NCBI GenBank assembly: GCA_025357795.1
Contig: JANYLN010000182.1
Location: forward strand, 1 to 53,515
DNA length: 53,515 nucleotides
Direction: 5' to 3'
Source of the DNA: Planctomycetota bacterium
GTDB taxonomy: Bacteria; Planctomycetota; Phycisphaerae; UBA1845; JANYLN01
Positions 1-8,657 of the stretch are shown here, piece by piece. The position numbers and the translations under genes were made by a program. Each line of letters starts with the position of its first letter. Position 1 is the first letter of the stretch. Under the pieces are notes generated by a model. That model did no database searches, was not told where the DNA came from, and saw nothing but the letters and a program-made list of their open reading frames with translations.

Positions 1-690
1 GTTACACTGTGTGCACAAGTTGATTATACATAATTACTCGCATCAAGTGACATACCTCAAAATCTGTTCGACCCGCCGACGCCGTATGCTTGCTGACTGG
101 CACCGTCGATAGTTTCGGTGACGCACATCGGTCGTGATGACCGTGCTGGAGTATGACGCCACGACGCGCTTGATTAAGTTGCGCTAAAATGGTTCGTCAA
201 CCACCCGTGATTCGTCGACATACATTGAATAGTTGTCTTGGCCATGTGTCGTTGTGGCGTAGTGGACGTGTCGGCGACAATATCGAATGTATCACGAGCA
301 TGTTGTTGTTGATGACTGTAACAAACGATGGCTGTACACCAGATTGTACGCGAGTTAACACCCAACTGTTGATGCAGGACATCGTTCAAGAACTGACTGT
401 GCTGTACATACTCGCGTGTGGACACGGTGAGATGGTGTTGCATGGTGTTCACCTGCTGCTGATGTGCATCCACCAACATGCTTGCCAATCGATGACGCCA
501 TTCGTAACTGTGTGTGGACAAACGTGTTTAGGCCCAACTCGTTTGCATATAAGCCACGATTCTTACTCATCACCAATGTGACTCGATATCAAGTCGGCCG
601 CGGGCATTGTGTTATTGTCGTCATTATCGTACATGGCCGGATACAGTATTGGCGGCGCGTCGTCGACGCCCACTGTTGCCATGTCTGCAA
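1..690. other. Low-GC segment of unknown origin at the window edge
   Basis: A hand count of G+C over 1-600 gives about 49 percent. The recognisable genes downstream are clearly GC-rich with G/C-ending codons. The segment holds only short or mirror-image ORFs: 174-521 minus and 189-581 plus share the same codon register, so at most one is real. No family is recognisable. Confidence 0.5.
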
Positions 691-696
691 TGACGC

Positions 697-963
697 GTGC
701 GCCTGAATCGGACGATACAGGGGCACATAGTCATCGCGCGCTTCGATTTCCGTGCCGATGCGAGCGGCGAGATCAAGCTCCTCGAGGTCAATCCCAATCC
801 CGGCTGGTGCTGGGACGGCAAGCTCAACTACATGGCCAGCTACGAGGGCCTCCGCTATGCCGACCTGCTGCGGATGATCATCGAGGCCGGCCAGGAACGC
901 ATCGCCTCGCAGCAGAAGATGGCTGCCGCTGCCACCGCCAGGTCTGTGATGGAACTGGTGTAG
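697..963 (+). pseudogene. 5'-truncated fragment of an ATP-grasp D-alanine--D-alanine ligase family gene (C-terminal ~85 codons only)
   Basis: The translation GHIVIARFDFRADASGEIKLLEVNPNPGW...YEGLRYADLLRMIIEAG fits the C-terminal block of Ddl-type ATP-grasp enzymes (R.D.R...G...LE.N..PG ... G.....L...I.E). An in-frame TGA at 691-693 closes the frame. No N-terminal ATP-grasp sequence is encoded in any frame of 1-690. Confidence 0.6.
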
Positions 964-1007
964 GACAGTCGTCGGATTCCGTCGGCGACAACTTGAATAG
1001 ACACACC

Positions 1008-1035
1008 CGCGGGGTCACGAGCAATCGTGACCCCG
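1008..1035 (+). terminator. Stem-loop downstream of the Ddl-like fragment
   Basis: gcggggtcacg / cgtgaccccgc form an 11-bp perfect stem with a 6-nt loop. The following T tract is weak (cgcatttgggg). An overlapping alternative hairpin ccccgcc/ggcgggg also exists. Confidence 0.35.
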
Positions 1036-1143
1036 CCGCATTTGGGGCGGGGCCTCCTCGAACCTCTCGCTTGTTGATGTGTTATCGCCATGGCATATGA
1101 TCCTCTAGCGTACATGGAATATTGACCCAAAGGGGTATTCGCA

Positions 1144-1497
1144 ATGAGTGAGACAATGCCGCAAATGTGCTCGCTACTCGACCAGCAGTGCATGCCGTGC
1201 CGCGGGAGCGTACCGCCTCTGAAGGCTAAGGCGCTGGACTACTTCCGCAAGCAATTGGGTGAAGGCTGGAACCTTGTCGGCGAGCACCATATTGAGAAAG
1301 AATTCACGCGCAAGGACTGGCGCGAGGCTGTTGAGTTCACCAACCGGATCGCCGACCTGGCTGACCGTGAGGGCCATCATCCGGACATCCTGCTAACCTA
1401 CGGCAAGGTCAAAGTTACCCTCTGGACCCACAAGATTGATGGGCTCAGCGAGAACGACTTCATCCTGGCGGCCAAGATCGACCCACTGGCCCGCTAG
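1144..1497 (+). CDS. 4a-hydroxytetrahydrobiopterin (pterin-4a-carbinolamine) dehydratase, PCD/DCoH family
   Basis: 117 aa. W.......I.KEF.F.....A..F.N.IA.LA..EGHHPD......KV.V.L.TH...GLS.ND...A is the canonical PCD signature, including the EGHHPD motif. Confidence 0.9.
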   Translation: MSETMPQMCSLLDQQCMPCRGSVPPLKAKALDYFRKQLGEGWNLVGEHHIEKEFTRKDWREAVEFTNRIADLADREGHHPDILLTYGKVKVTLWTHKIDGLSENDFILAAKIDPLAR

Positions 1498-1745
1498 CCG
1501 CCACGGGCCGTCCGTATCGCCTTCCCTGAATCCCTCAGCGGCCGGGGCTGTAGCTGTATTTCCTTCGATATCGACGATGGCTTCCGCTCGATCCGGCAGA
1601 TGCAGCAGGCGATCGGAGTCGGCTTCGGCTGGCAGTGGCGACCCGCTGGATCCCATCGGTTCGGATGGCCGTCCTTGTCGCACCCGCCTGGCCGCACTAG
1701 AGTACAACTCTTACAGTTGGTTCCGGCGGGGCCAGGAGAGTTGTC

Positions 1746-4700
1746 TTGCGTGTGTACCAGAGGCGTTGTGGTGTGAATCGGCCGGTTCGGGGTCTGTGGC
1801 AGGTACTAGGTGCGGCTGGACTAGCGCTGGTGCTGCTGGCGGGTTGCACGCGGCAACTGCCGACGCACCACCGTGCGGCCATAGCGCGCGAGCCGACCCC
1901 CGGCGACGTCCGCATTTGGACCGATCGCCTGACCCTGCCGACCCACGAAGTCCGTAGCGACCCCGTCCCCCGCTTCCAGGCCACGGACGACAGCAAGTTC
2001 TATCCGTATCCGGCCCAGTCCGACATCGCCCCCGACGCCGCCGAGCGCGCCTGGACCGTTGTCTGCCTGGAGAACAAGTACCTCATCGTCCGGATCATGC
2101 CCGAACTGGGCGGCCGCGTCTTCTCGATCTACGACAAGCTCGCCGGCCAGGATATCGTCTATCGGCAGACGTCGATCAAGCCGGCGGCGGTGGCCATCCG
2201 CGGCGCCTGGACCGCAGGCGGCATCGAGTTCAATTTCCCCGATTGCCACAGCGTTACCACGCACGACCAAGTCCACTGGACCACGCGGGAGTACCCCGAC
2301 GGTAGCATGTCCGTGCTCATCGGTGACGTCGAGCGGATCAGCCGGATGGGCTGGACTGTCGAACTGCGCCTCTCTCCCGACCGTGCCTGCCTGGAGAACC
2401 GCGTGCAGCTGGTCAACCGCACGCCGATCCGCCAGCGGTGCTTCTACTGGTCTAACACCGCCGTGGTAGGCAGTAAGCACGTCCAGATGATCCTGCCCGC
2501 CCCGAAGGTCGCCTTGGGCCAGCATGACAAGATCCCCGTGGATTGGCCCCTGCGCCGCGGCACCGACTACAGCTGGCTGACTGCTTACAACGGCGGCACC
2601 GGTATCATGGGCGTCGGCGGCGACGAGGACTTCGTGGCCGCCTACGACCACGAGCGCCAGACCGGGCTGGTCCACTACGCCGATCACGGGACGCTGCCGG
2701 CCCGCAAGTTCTGGACCTGGGGCATTGGCCAGTACAACGATTACTGGGCTCAGCGCGTCAGCGATGACAACAAGCCGTACCTGGAGATGCAGGCCGGCCC
2801 GCGCGTCACGCTCAGCGAACTGGCTTGGATGCAGCCGTACGAGGTCGTGCGGTTCGAGGAGTCCTGGATCCCCGTCAGCCGAATCGGCCCGCTCGCCCGC
2901 GCGAATCCCCAGGCCGCCGTCCGCTTCACCGTGGACAAGGGCCGCGCGACCATCGGTGTGCTGACGACCGCGCGGATGCCGGGGGCCCAGGTCGAACTAC
3001 GGGGCCGCTGGCGGGCGATCTGGCGCAGCCAGGCGGACCTCTCGCCCGAAACCCCACTGCTGCAGACCGTGCCCGTCGAGCCCGACGACGCCGACAGCCT
3101 CCGGCTCATCGTCCGTGACGTCCATGGCCGGACGATCATCGAGCATGCGTATGGCCACTACGCTCAGCAGGCCCAGGTCCCCGCCGAGGTCCCTGACGTG
3201 CAGGCCCGCCGGATCGACGCCTCGACCGCCGACGGCGCGGTCCAGCGCTTCGAAGTCAGCTGGATGGACTGCCGCTATGCCGACGCCGCCCGCACGATCG
3301 AGCAGGCCTTGGCCAAGTGGCCCGAGGACCCCGGCGTCGGTTTCGAAGCGGGCCTGCTCAGGCTGTGGCAGGGCAAGCCGGGCGAGGCGATCAAACTGCT
3401 GCAGCCCGCCAGCCAGCGGACCGGCCTGGTTGGCCAGCAGGCGCGGTACTACCTCGCGCTGGCGCACTTTCAGGTCAGCGATCTGGAGAAGGCGTCGAGC
3501 CTGCTGGCGGAGTTTGCCACGATCGACCCCAAGGCCGCGGACGCGTGGGTCTGGAAGCGGGCGGCCTCGATCCTGCGGGCGAAGGTCCTGCTCTCCGCGG
3601 GCCGCTTCCGCGAGGCCTGTGGCCTGCTGCAGGCGGTGCTGCGGATCGACCCGGATGACGCGTACGCCGCCGCCCTGGCGGTCTACTCCCTGCGACAGGA
3701 GGGCCGCAGCGACGCCGCTTGGCGGATCGCGCGTCGCTACCTGGCTGGCGCAGACCTGGAACCCATGGCCCGCCTGGAGATCCAACTACTCACTCACCAG
3801 CCCGACGCCACGCTCGGGCGGATGCTGCACCGCGACCCGGAGGTCGCCATCGAACTCGCCTGCGATTACATCTCCCTGGCTGACTGGAGCACCGCCGAGA
3901 CGATCCTGACGGGCGGGGCGGGCGAGAGTGCCAGGAGCGGTCTGACCTGGCTGCTGGCCGGCTACTGCGCTCAGGTGATGGGCCGGATGGATGAGGCCGC
4001 GCAGTACCGCGCCCGGGCCGAGGCGGCGCCGCTGTACCTGGCCTTCCCGTCGCGCGTCGAGGAACTCGCCGCCGCCGAGCACGCCCTCACGATCTGTCCG
4101 CAGTCCCCCCGTGCTGCCTACTACGCCGGGCTCGTGCTGATGCGGCTGATGCGTTACGACGAGGCGATCGAGCAGTGGCAGCGGGCCATCGCCCTCCGCG
4201 ACGACAACGCCCTCGCCCGGCGATGCCTCGGCGCGGTCCTGGCCAAGATCAAGAAGCAACCCGAACAGGCCGTCGCGCACCTGGAGCGGGCGGTCCAACT
4301 CGTCCCGGCGCTGCCCGCGTTCCACCTCGACTTGGCCGAAGTCTACAACGATCTGCAACGCCCCGCCGACGCCCGCGACACCCTGGAACAAGCGCTTCGC
4401 ACGGTGCCGTCCAGCGACGATCTGGTCAGCGCTTTAGGCGAGGCGTACCTGGCGATGGGACAGTACCGCCAGGCCGCCGAGTCGCTCGATGGTCGACGGT
4501 TCAACCCGGCGGATACCCATTACAGTGCATTGGAACACCGCACCGTCGCCTGGCTGGGTGTCGGACTGCAGGCGTTGCTGCAGGACGACCCGCCGTCGGC
4601 CCTGGCGGCGTTCGACAAGGCTCTGGAGCACCCGGCGACCTTGCCAGCCGGTCCCCTGGAGGAGTCCGTCGGCACCGCCATGATCCAGTTCTGGCGCGCT

Positions 4701-5135
4701 ACGGCCTTACAGTCGCTGAACCAGTCGCAAGCCGCCCAGCAGGCACTGCAGCAAGCCGTCAGGCAAATCGGCGACGATCGTGTCCTCTGGCAGGGCTACT
4801 ACGGCGTGTTGAACGTCGCACACGGCGCGCTGGCACTCAAGTCCCTCGGCCAGGTCGATGCATTCGCCAAACAGGTTGGCCGGCTCGGCGAGCAGGAGCA
4901 ACCCCGCCGCAACCGCCGGATGAGCGACGGGATGCGGGCGTACACGGCCTTCCGCGCCGCCTGGGGTGTAACCGTCAAGGACAGTGGGTCCTCTGACCTG
5001 GCAGCGCTGCGCAAGGTCGCCCAGGACCGCAGCGTCCCGGCCGTCTGGGGCCGCCTGGCGATCCTGGCCGCCGAGGCATTGCACAAGTACGCCGCACCCG
5101 TCCCGGCCACCCAGAAGGTCGCCAGCAGTGAATAA
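1746..5135 (+). CDS. DUF5107-like N-terminal domain fused to a long TPR-repeat region; probable lipoprotein
   Basis: 1129-aa ORF with high GC3. The N-terminus has LALVLLAGC (lipobox-like), and an alternative GTG start at 1773 is possible. The block LENKYLIVRIMPELGGRVFSIYDKLAGQDIVYRQTSIKPAAVAIRGAWTAGGIEFNFPDCHS matches my recollection of DUF5107. The C-terminal two thirds contain many A/L/Y-rich 34-residue TPR-like units. Confidence 0.65.
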   Translation: MRVYQRRCGVNRPVRGLWQVLGAAGLALVLLAGCTRQLPTHHRAAIAREPTPGDVRIWTDRLTLPTHEVRSDPVPRFQATDDSKFYPYPAQSDIAPDAAERAWTVVCLENKYLIVRIMPELGGRVFSIYDKLAGQDIVYRQTSIKPAAVAIRGAWTAGGIEFNFPDCHSVTTHDQVHWTTREYPDGSMSVLIGDVERISRMGWTVELRLSPDRACLENRVQLVNRTPIRQRCFYWSNTAVVGSKHVQMILPAPKVALGQHDKIPVDWPLRRGTDYSWLTAYNGGTGIMGVGGDEDFVAAYDHERQTGLVHYADHGTLPARKFWTWGIGQYNDYWAQRVSDDNKPYLEMQAGPRVTLSELAWMQPYEVVRFEESWIPVSRIGPLARANPQAAVRFTVDKGRATIGVLTTARMPGAQVELRGRWRAIWRSQADLSPETPLLQTVPVEPDDADSLRLIVRDVHGRTIIEHAYGHYAQQAQVPAEVPDVQARRIDASTADGAVQRFEVSWMDCRYADAARTIEQALAKWPEDPGVGFEAGLLRLWQGKPGEAIKLLQPASQRTGLVGQQARYYLALAHFQVSDLEKASSLLAEFATIDPKAADAWVWKRAASILRAKVLLSAGRFREACGLLQAVLRIDPDDAYAAALAVYSLRQEGRSDAAWRIARRYLAGADLEPMARLEIQLLTHQPDATLGRMLHRDPEVAIELACDYISLADWSTAETILTGGAGESARSGLTWLLAGYCAQVMGRMDEAAQYRARAEAAPLYLAFPSRVEELAAAEHALTICPQSPRAAYYAGLVLMRLMRYDEAIEQWQRAIALRDDNALARRCLGAVLAKIKKQPEQAVAHLERAVQLVPALPAFHLDLAEVYNDLQRPADARDTLEQALRTVPSSDDLVSALGEAYLAMGQYRQAAESLDGRRFNPADTHYSALEHRTVAWLGVGLQALLQDDPPSALAAFDKALEHPATLPAGPLEESVGTAMIQFWRATALQSLNQSQAAQQALQQAVRQIGDDRVLWQGYYGVLNVAHGALALKSLGQVDAFAKQVGRLGEQEQPRRNRRMSDGMRAYTAFRAAWGVTVKDSGSSDLAALRKVAQDRSVPAVWGRLAILAAEALHKYAAPVPATQKVASSE

Positions 5136-5143
5136 CGGCACAC

Positions 5144-7111
5144 ATGGATACGAACAAGACTGATGGCAAGCGGCCCTTGCCGGGTTCACCCGGTTCCGCC
5201 GGGCTCCTGCGCAACTCCAGCTTCATCCTGCTGTGGCTGGCGTACGGCATCAGTGCCTTCGGCGATCACCTCTCCGAACTGGGCCTGCAGCGCGAACTGG
5301 CCGTCGAGAACAGCAGCCGGCTCGTACAGACCCAGGCCCTCATGACCTTTCTGTTCCTGCTGCCGTTCTTCGCCTTCGGCTGGCTGGCCGGTACGATCGC
5401 CGACAGGCTGCCCCGCCGGGCCGTGATGATCACCGCCGACCTGGCCCGCGCTGCCATCGTCTTCTGCCTGCCGCTGTGGGTCGAATGGCAGGTCAGGACC
5501 CGCGGCCAGGACCTCCGTCAGAGCGACCTTTTCGTCGCGCTGCTGCCCCTGATGGCGCTGGGCCTGTTCGCCGCGTTCTTCAGCCCCGCACGCCAGGCCC
5601 TCCTGCCGCAGGTGGTCCGCGAGGATCAGCTCATCCAGGCCAACTCGATCAGCAGCGGCCTGGGTACGATCGCCGCCATGCTCAGCAACATGGTCGGCGG
5701 CGTATTGGCCGGGATCAGCGCCCGCCTGAATTTTATGACCGACGCCGGCACCTTCCTGATCAGCGCGCTGCTCGTCGCCGGCATTCGCGTCCCCAAGGGC
5801 AGGGGTCTCACCCCGCCAAAGGAACCCTTCGCCCGCATGGTCGTGCAGGGGCTTGCCTATGTCCGCACGCACAAGCGGGTTGCTGAACTGATCCTGCTGG
5901 CGGCCCTGTTCTGGACCGCCGCCGGGGTCTTCACCAGCGTGCTGCCCAGCGTGGTCTTCCGGCGGTACCACCTCAGTTACGCCTGGCTGGGCGGCATGCG
6001 CGGCACCCTGGCAGGCGGCATGCTCCTGGGGGCGATCCTCCTGACCCTGCTGGGCGATCGCATCCGTAGCGAACTGGTCAACCTGATCGCCCTGGCCGGC
6101 GCGGGAATTTCGCTCGTCGCCTTCGCCTGGGCGGGCGACGTCGTCGTCGGCATGCCCCTGGCGATCCTGGTGGGCCTCACCGGGGCCATGCTGCTGATCA
6201 GCGTGAATACGATGCTCCAGCGGATCGTGCCGAACCGCTGGCGAGGCCGCGTCTTCGGCATCGCCGACGTGGCGACCATGGCGGGCCTGCTCGCTGCCAC
6301 CGGCCTGCTGGGCCTCTCGCCGATCCCCGGCCTTGACGATCACGTGTCCGAGGTTCTGGCCGTCATGGGTGTTCTCATGGTCGCGGCCGGCATCGCCATG
6401 CACGCCGTCCAGGCCCGCCGCCTGTCCCTGCGTCCCTGGCAACTGCTGCTCTGGCGGCTCAATGAGTTCTACGCCAAGTGGTGGTTCCGCGTCCGCCGCG
6501 AGGGGCCCTGCACCGTGCCGCCCCACGGCTCGGCGATCCTGGCCGCGAACCACACCAGCTTTATCGACCCGCTCCTGCTGTACGCCACCGGCCCGCAGCG
6601 GCTGATCGGTTTCCTGGTCGCCAAGGAATACCACGACATGCCGGTGATAGGCCGGTTGCTCAAGGGCCTGGGCTGCATCCCCACCACGCGCAGCGGCCAG
6701 GACCTGCCCGCCACCCGCGAGGCGATCCGCCACCTGCAGGAAGGGCACCTCGTCGGGATCTTCCCGCAGGGACGCATCGAACAGCCGGGCGAGACAATCG
6801 CTGCCCGTGGCGGCATCGTGCTTCTCGCCCTGCGCAGCCGGGTGCCGGTGATCCCCGTGCACATCAGCGGCGTCCGCTACAGCGAGAACCTGATCTGGGG
6901 GTTCTTCCTCCGTCATCGCGCCCGCGTCCGCTACGGCAAGCCGATCGACCTGTCCGCGTACTACGATAAACCGCTCGACAAAGAATTCCGCGACCAGATT
7001 GGTCGTATGATTCTCCAGAGGATCCTCGAACTGGCGCCAGACGGACAGGGCGGGGCCTTCCCCGTGCCGTCCAGCGAGAATCCGAGCGCACCGGACGGGG
7101 CAGCGCCATGA
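5144..7111 (+). CDS. Fusion protein: MFS transporter (LplT-like) plus C-terminal lysophospholipid/1-acylglycerol-3-phosphate acyltransferase (PlsC/LPLAT) domain
   Basis: 655 aa. The first ~430 aa form ~12 hydrophobic helices with the MFS loop motif GTIADRLPRR. The C-terminus carries the acyltransferase H(X)4D block (ANHTSFIDP), the FPQGRI block and VPVIPV. Confidence 0.85.
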   Translation: MDTNKTDGKRPLPGSPGSAGLLRNSSFILLWLAYGISAFGDHLSELGLQRELAVENSSRLVQTQALMTFLFLLPFFAFGWLAGTIADRLPRRAVMITADLARAAIVFCLPLWVEWQVRTRGQDLRQSDLFVALLPLMALGLFAAFFSPARQALLPQVVREDQLIQANSISSGLGTIAAMLSNMVGGVLAGISARLNFMTDAGTFLISALLVAGIRVPKGRGLTPPKEPFARMVVQGLAYVRTHKRVAELILLAALFWTAAGVFTSVLPSVVFRRYHLSYAWLGGMRGTLAGGMLLGAILLTLLGDRIRSELVNLIALAGAGISLVAFAWAGDVVVGMPLAILVGLTGAMLLISVNTMLQRIVPNRWRGRVFGIADVATMAGLLAATGLLGLSPIPGLDDHVSEVLAVMGVLMVAAGIAMHAVQARRLSLRPWQLLLWRLNEFYAKWWFRVRREGPCTVPPHGSAILAANHTSFIDPLLLYATGPQRLIGFLVAKEYHDMPVIGRLLKGLGCIPTTRSGQDLPATREAIRHLQEGHLVGIFPQGRIEQPGETIAARGGIVLLALRSRVPVIPVHISGVRYSENLIWGFFLRHRARVRYGKPIDLSAYYDKPLDKEFRDQIGRMILQRILELAPDGQGGAFPVPSSENPSAPDGAAP

Positions 7112-7305
7112 ACCCTCGCACCCTCGATCGCCTCGACGCCTTGCACGCCCGCCTGTACCGCTGGCGCTGGGGGGTCCGCATCGTGGTCGCCATCCTCGTA
7201 GTCCCCTGGCTGTGCCGCTTCGCCAGCCTCCGTATAAACGGCCTGCCGCTGGAGCATGAGTTCGTGCCGTACGCCGACATGATGCTCACCGACCCTCGCC
7301 CGTAG
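7108..7305 (+). CDS. Small hypothetical membrane protein (65 aa), translationally coupled to the MFS-acyltransferase gene
   Basis: Its ATG overlaps the upstream stop (ATGA at 7108-7111). GC3 is high. There is one hydrophobic helix, VRIVVAILVVPWLC. No family is recognised. Confidence 0.45.
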   Translation: MNPRTLDRLDALHARLYRWRWGVRIVVAILVVPWLCRFASLRINGLPLEHEFVPYADMMLTDPRP

Positions 7306-7355
7306 TCGAATGGCGAAGTCTACCTCCGCAGCCTCGCCGATTGGCGGGCCGTCCC

Positions 7356-7574
7356 ATGAACGAATCCGCGACCAGGCCGATCGAAGCGCCAGATGTCCCT
7401 GACCGTCCGCTGCCGGAGTACCTGGCCGGCACAAACGGCGTGACGCCCGTGCGTCCGGTCTGGATCCCCTGGCCGATCGCCATACCGCTGGCGCCGTTGT
7501 TCTGGATCTCCCGAGACGCTTCGGGCCGCACCTCGCCGCCGCGGGCAGGCGTGCTGCCCTGGCTGGCTACCTGA
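7356..7574 (+). CDS. Small hypothetical Pro/Trp-rich membrane protein
   Basis: The ATG is at 7356, and the ORF track starts at a TTG at 7341. GC3 is high. The hydrophobic stretch is VWIPWPIAIPLAPLFWI. No family is recognised. Confidence 0.35.
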   Translation: MNESATRPIEAPDVPDRPLPEYLAGTNGVTPVRPVWIPWPIAIPLAPLFWISRDASGRTSPPRAGVLPWLAT

Positions 7575-7750
7575 CGTGGACGCTCTACGGCACCTGCTGC
7601 CTGGTCCTCACGTTAGCATGACAGGCTCCTTACGCAACCGGGTATAGGGCTTGTCATATGCGGTAAAGGGGCCGGCATGACGCTTGCTTGCCGCTGCCTG
7701 CCGGATCGCGTACCGTACAGGCTGCGACAAGGCTCGGCGAGGATCGTACC

Positions 7751-8656
7751 ATGGCGGATCTGCAGGCGAGGATCGTTGTCGGTCTGGGCGAGTTGCTCTG
7801 GGACTGCTTTGGCGAGATCCGCAAGCCAGGCGGCGCCCCCGCCAACGTCGCCTTCCACGCTCGGCAACTGGGTCACACGGGGATTGTCTGCTCTCGCGTA
7901 GGTTGCGATGCCCCGGGAAGCGAACTGGTGGACTACATCGTCAGTCACGACCTCGACATCCGGTACATCCAGCGCGACCAGGCCCACGCCACCGGCACCG
8001 TCACCGTCGACACCCGCCGGCCCGACCATCCCGCGTACGTGATCCACCAGGATGTCGCCTGGGACCACATCGAGTTCACCGATGAGCTGGGCGACCTCAT
8101 GCGCCGGGCCTCCGCCGTCTGCTTCGGCAGCCTGGCACAGCGGTCCGCTCGCAGCCGTTCGGCAATCCAGCGATGCCTCGATGCCGCCGTCGGCGCCCTG
8201 ATCGTATTCGACGTGAACCTTCGCCAGTCCTGGTATGACCGCGAGCGGATCGAGACGTCACTTGCCAAGTCGGACATCGCCAAACTCAACATCGACGAGG
8301 TCGCCGTGCTGGCATCGCTGCTCGATCTGCCAGCCGCCCCGCTTGACTTCGCCGGCCGCCTGCTCACCCGCTACGACGTGGACCTCGTCTGCATCACCCG
8401 GGCACAGCAGGGGTGCCTGCTGGTATCCCATGATCAGGCGGTCGATCTGCCGGGCCTGCCGGTCCAGGTGGCCGACACCGTCGGCTCGGGCGATGCCTTC
8501 TCCGCCGCCCTGATCTCCGCGAGGCTGCGGGGCTGGTCGCTCGACCAGACGGCACGCCTGGCCAATGCCGCAGGGGCCTTGGTCGCGGGCTGCAGCGGGG
8601 CCATGCCGGCCCTGCGCCATGAGTATGCGGCCCTGTTGTCAAGCCTGGGAGCCTGA
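7751..8656 (+). CDS. PfkB-family carbohydrate kinase (fructokinase/ribokinase-like)
   Basis: GELLWDCFG...PGGAPANVAFHARQLG at the N-terminus and DTVGSGDAFSAAL near the C-terminus are the two PfkB signature regions. I chose the ATG at 7751 (MADLQARIVVGLGE) rather than the upstream ORF-track start. Confidence 0.85.
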   Translation: MADLQARIVVGLGELLWDCFGEIRKPGGAPANVAFHARQLGHTGIVCSRVGCDAPGSELVDYIVSHDLDIRYIQRDQAHATGTVTVDTRRPDHPAYVIHQDVAWDHIEFTDELGDLMRRASAVCFGSLAQRSARSRSAIQRCLDAAVGALIVFDVNLRQSWYDRERIETSLAKSDIAKLNIDEVAVLASLLDLPAAPLDFAGRLLTRYDVDLVCITRAQQGCLLVSHDQAVDLPGLPVQVADTVGSGDAFSAALISARLRGWSLDQTARLANAAGALVAGCSGAMPALRHEYAALLSSLGA

Positions 8657-8657
8657 C

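Noticed and set aside
174-581. 115-aa (minus) and 130-aa (plus) ORFs in the low-GC left segment as real genes
   Set aside because: The two ORFs occupy the same codon register on opposite strands, so one is necessarily a shadow of the other. Neither has an obvious RBS, a recognisable family or a convincing composition. They are kept only as part of the junction finding.
5186-6916. 576-aa ORF on the minus strand, antisense to the MFS-acyltransferase gene
   Set aside because: It is a low-complexity Gly/Asp/Arg/Pro/Ala-rich translation that lies entirely opposite a gene with clear family motifs. This is the typical stop-codon-poor antisense artefact of GC-rich DNA.
7616-7661. Imperfect inverted repeat gcatgacagg...cttgtcatatgc ~100 nt upstream of the PfkB kinase gene, as an operator
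   Set aside because: The arms are only 8 bp with a mismatch and are separated by ~27 nt. No regulator gene is nearby. It is too weak to call without comparative data.
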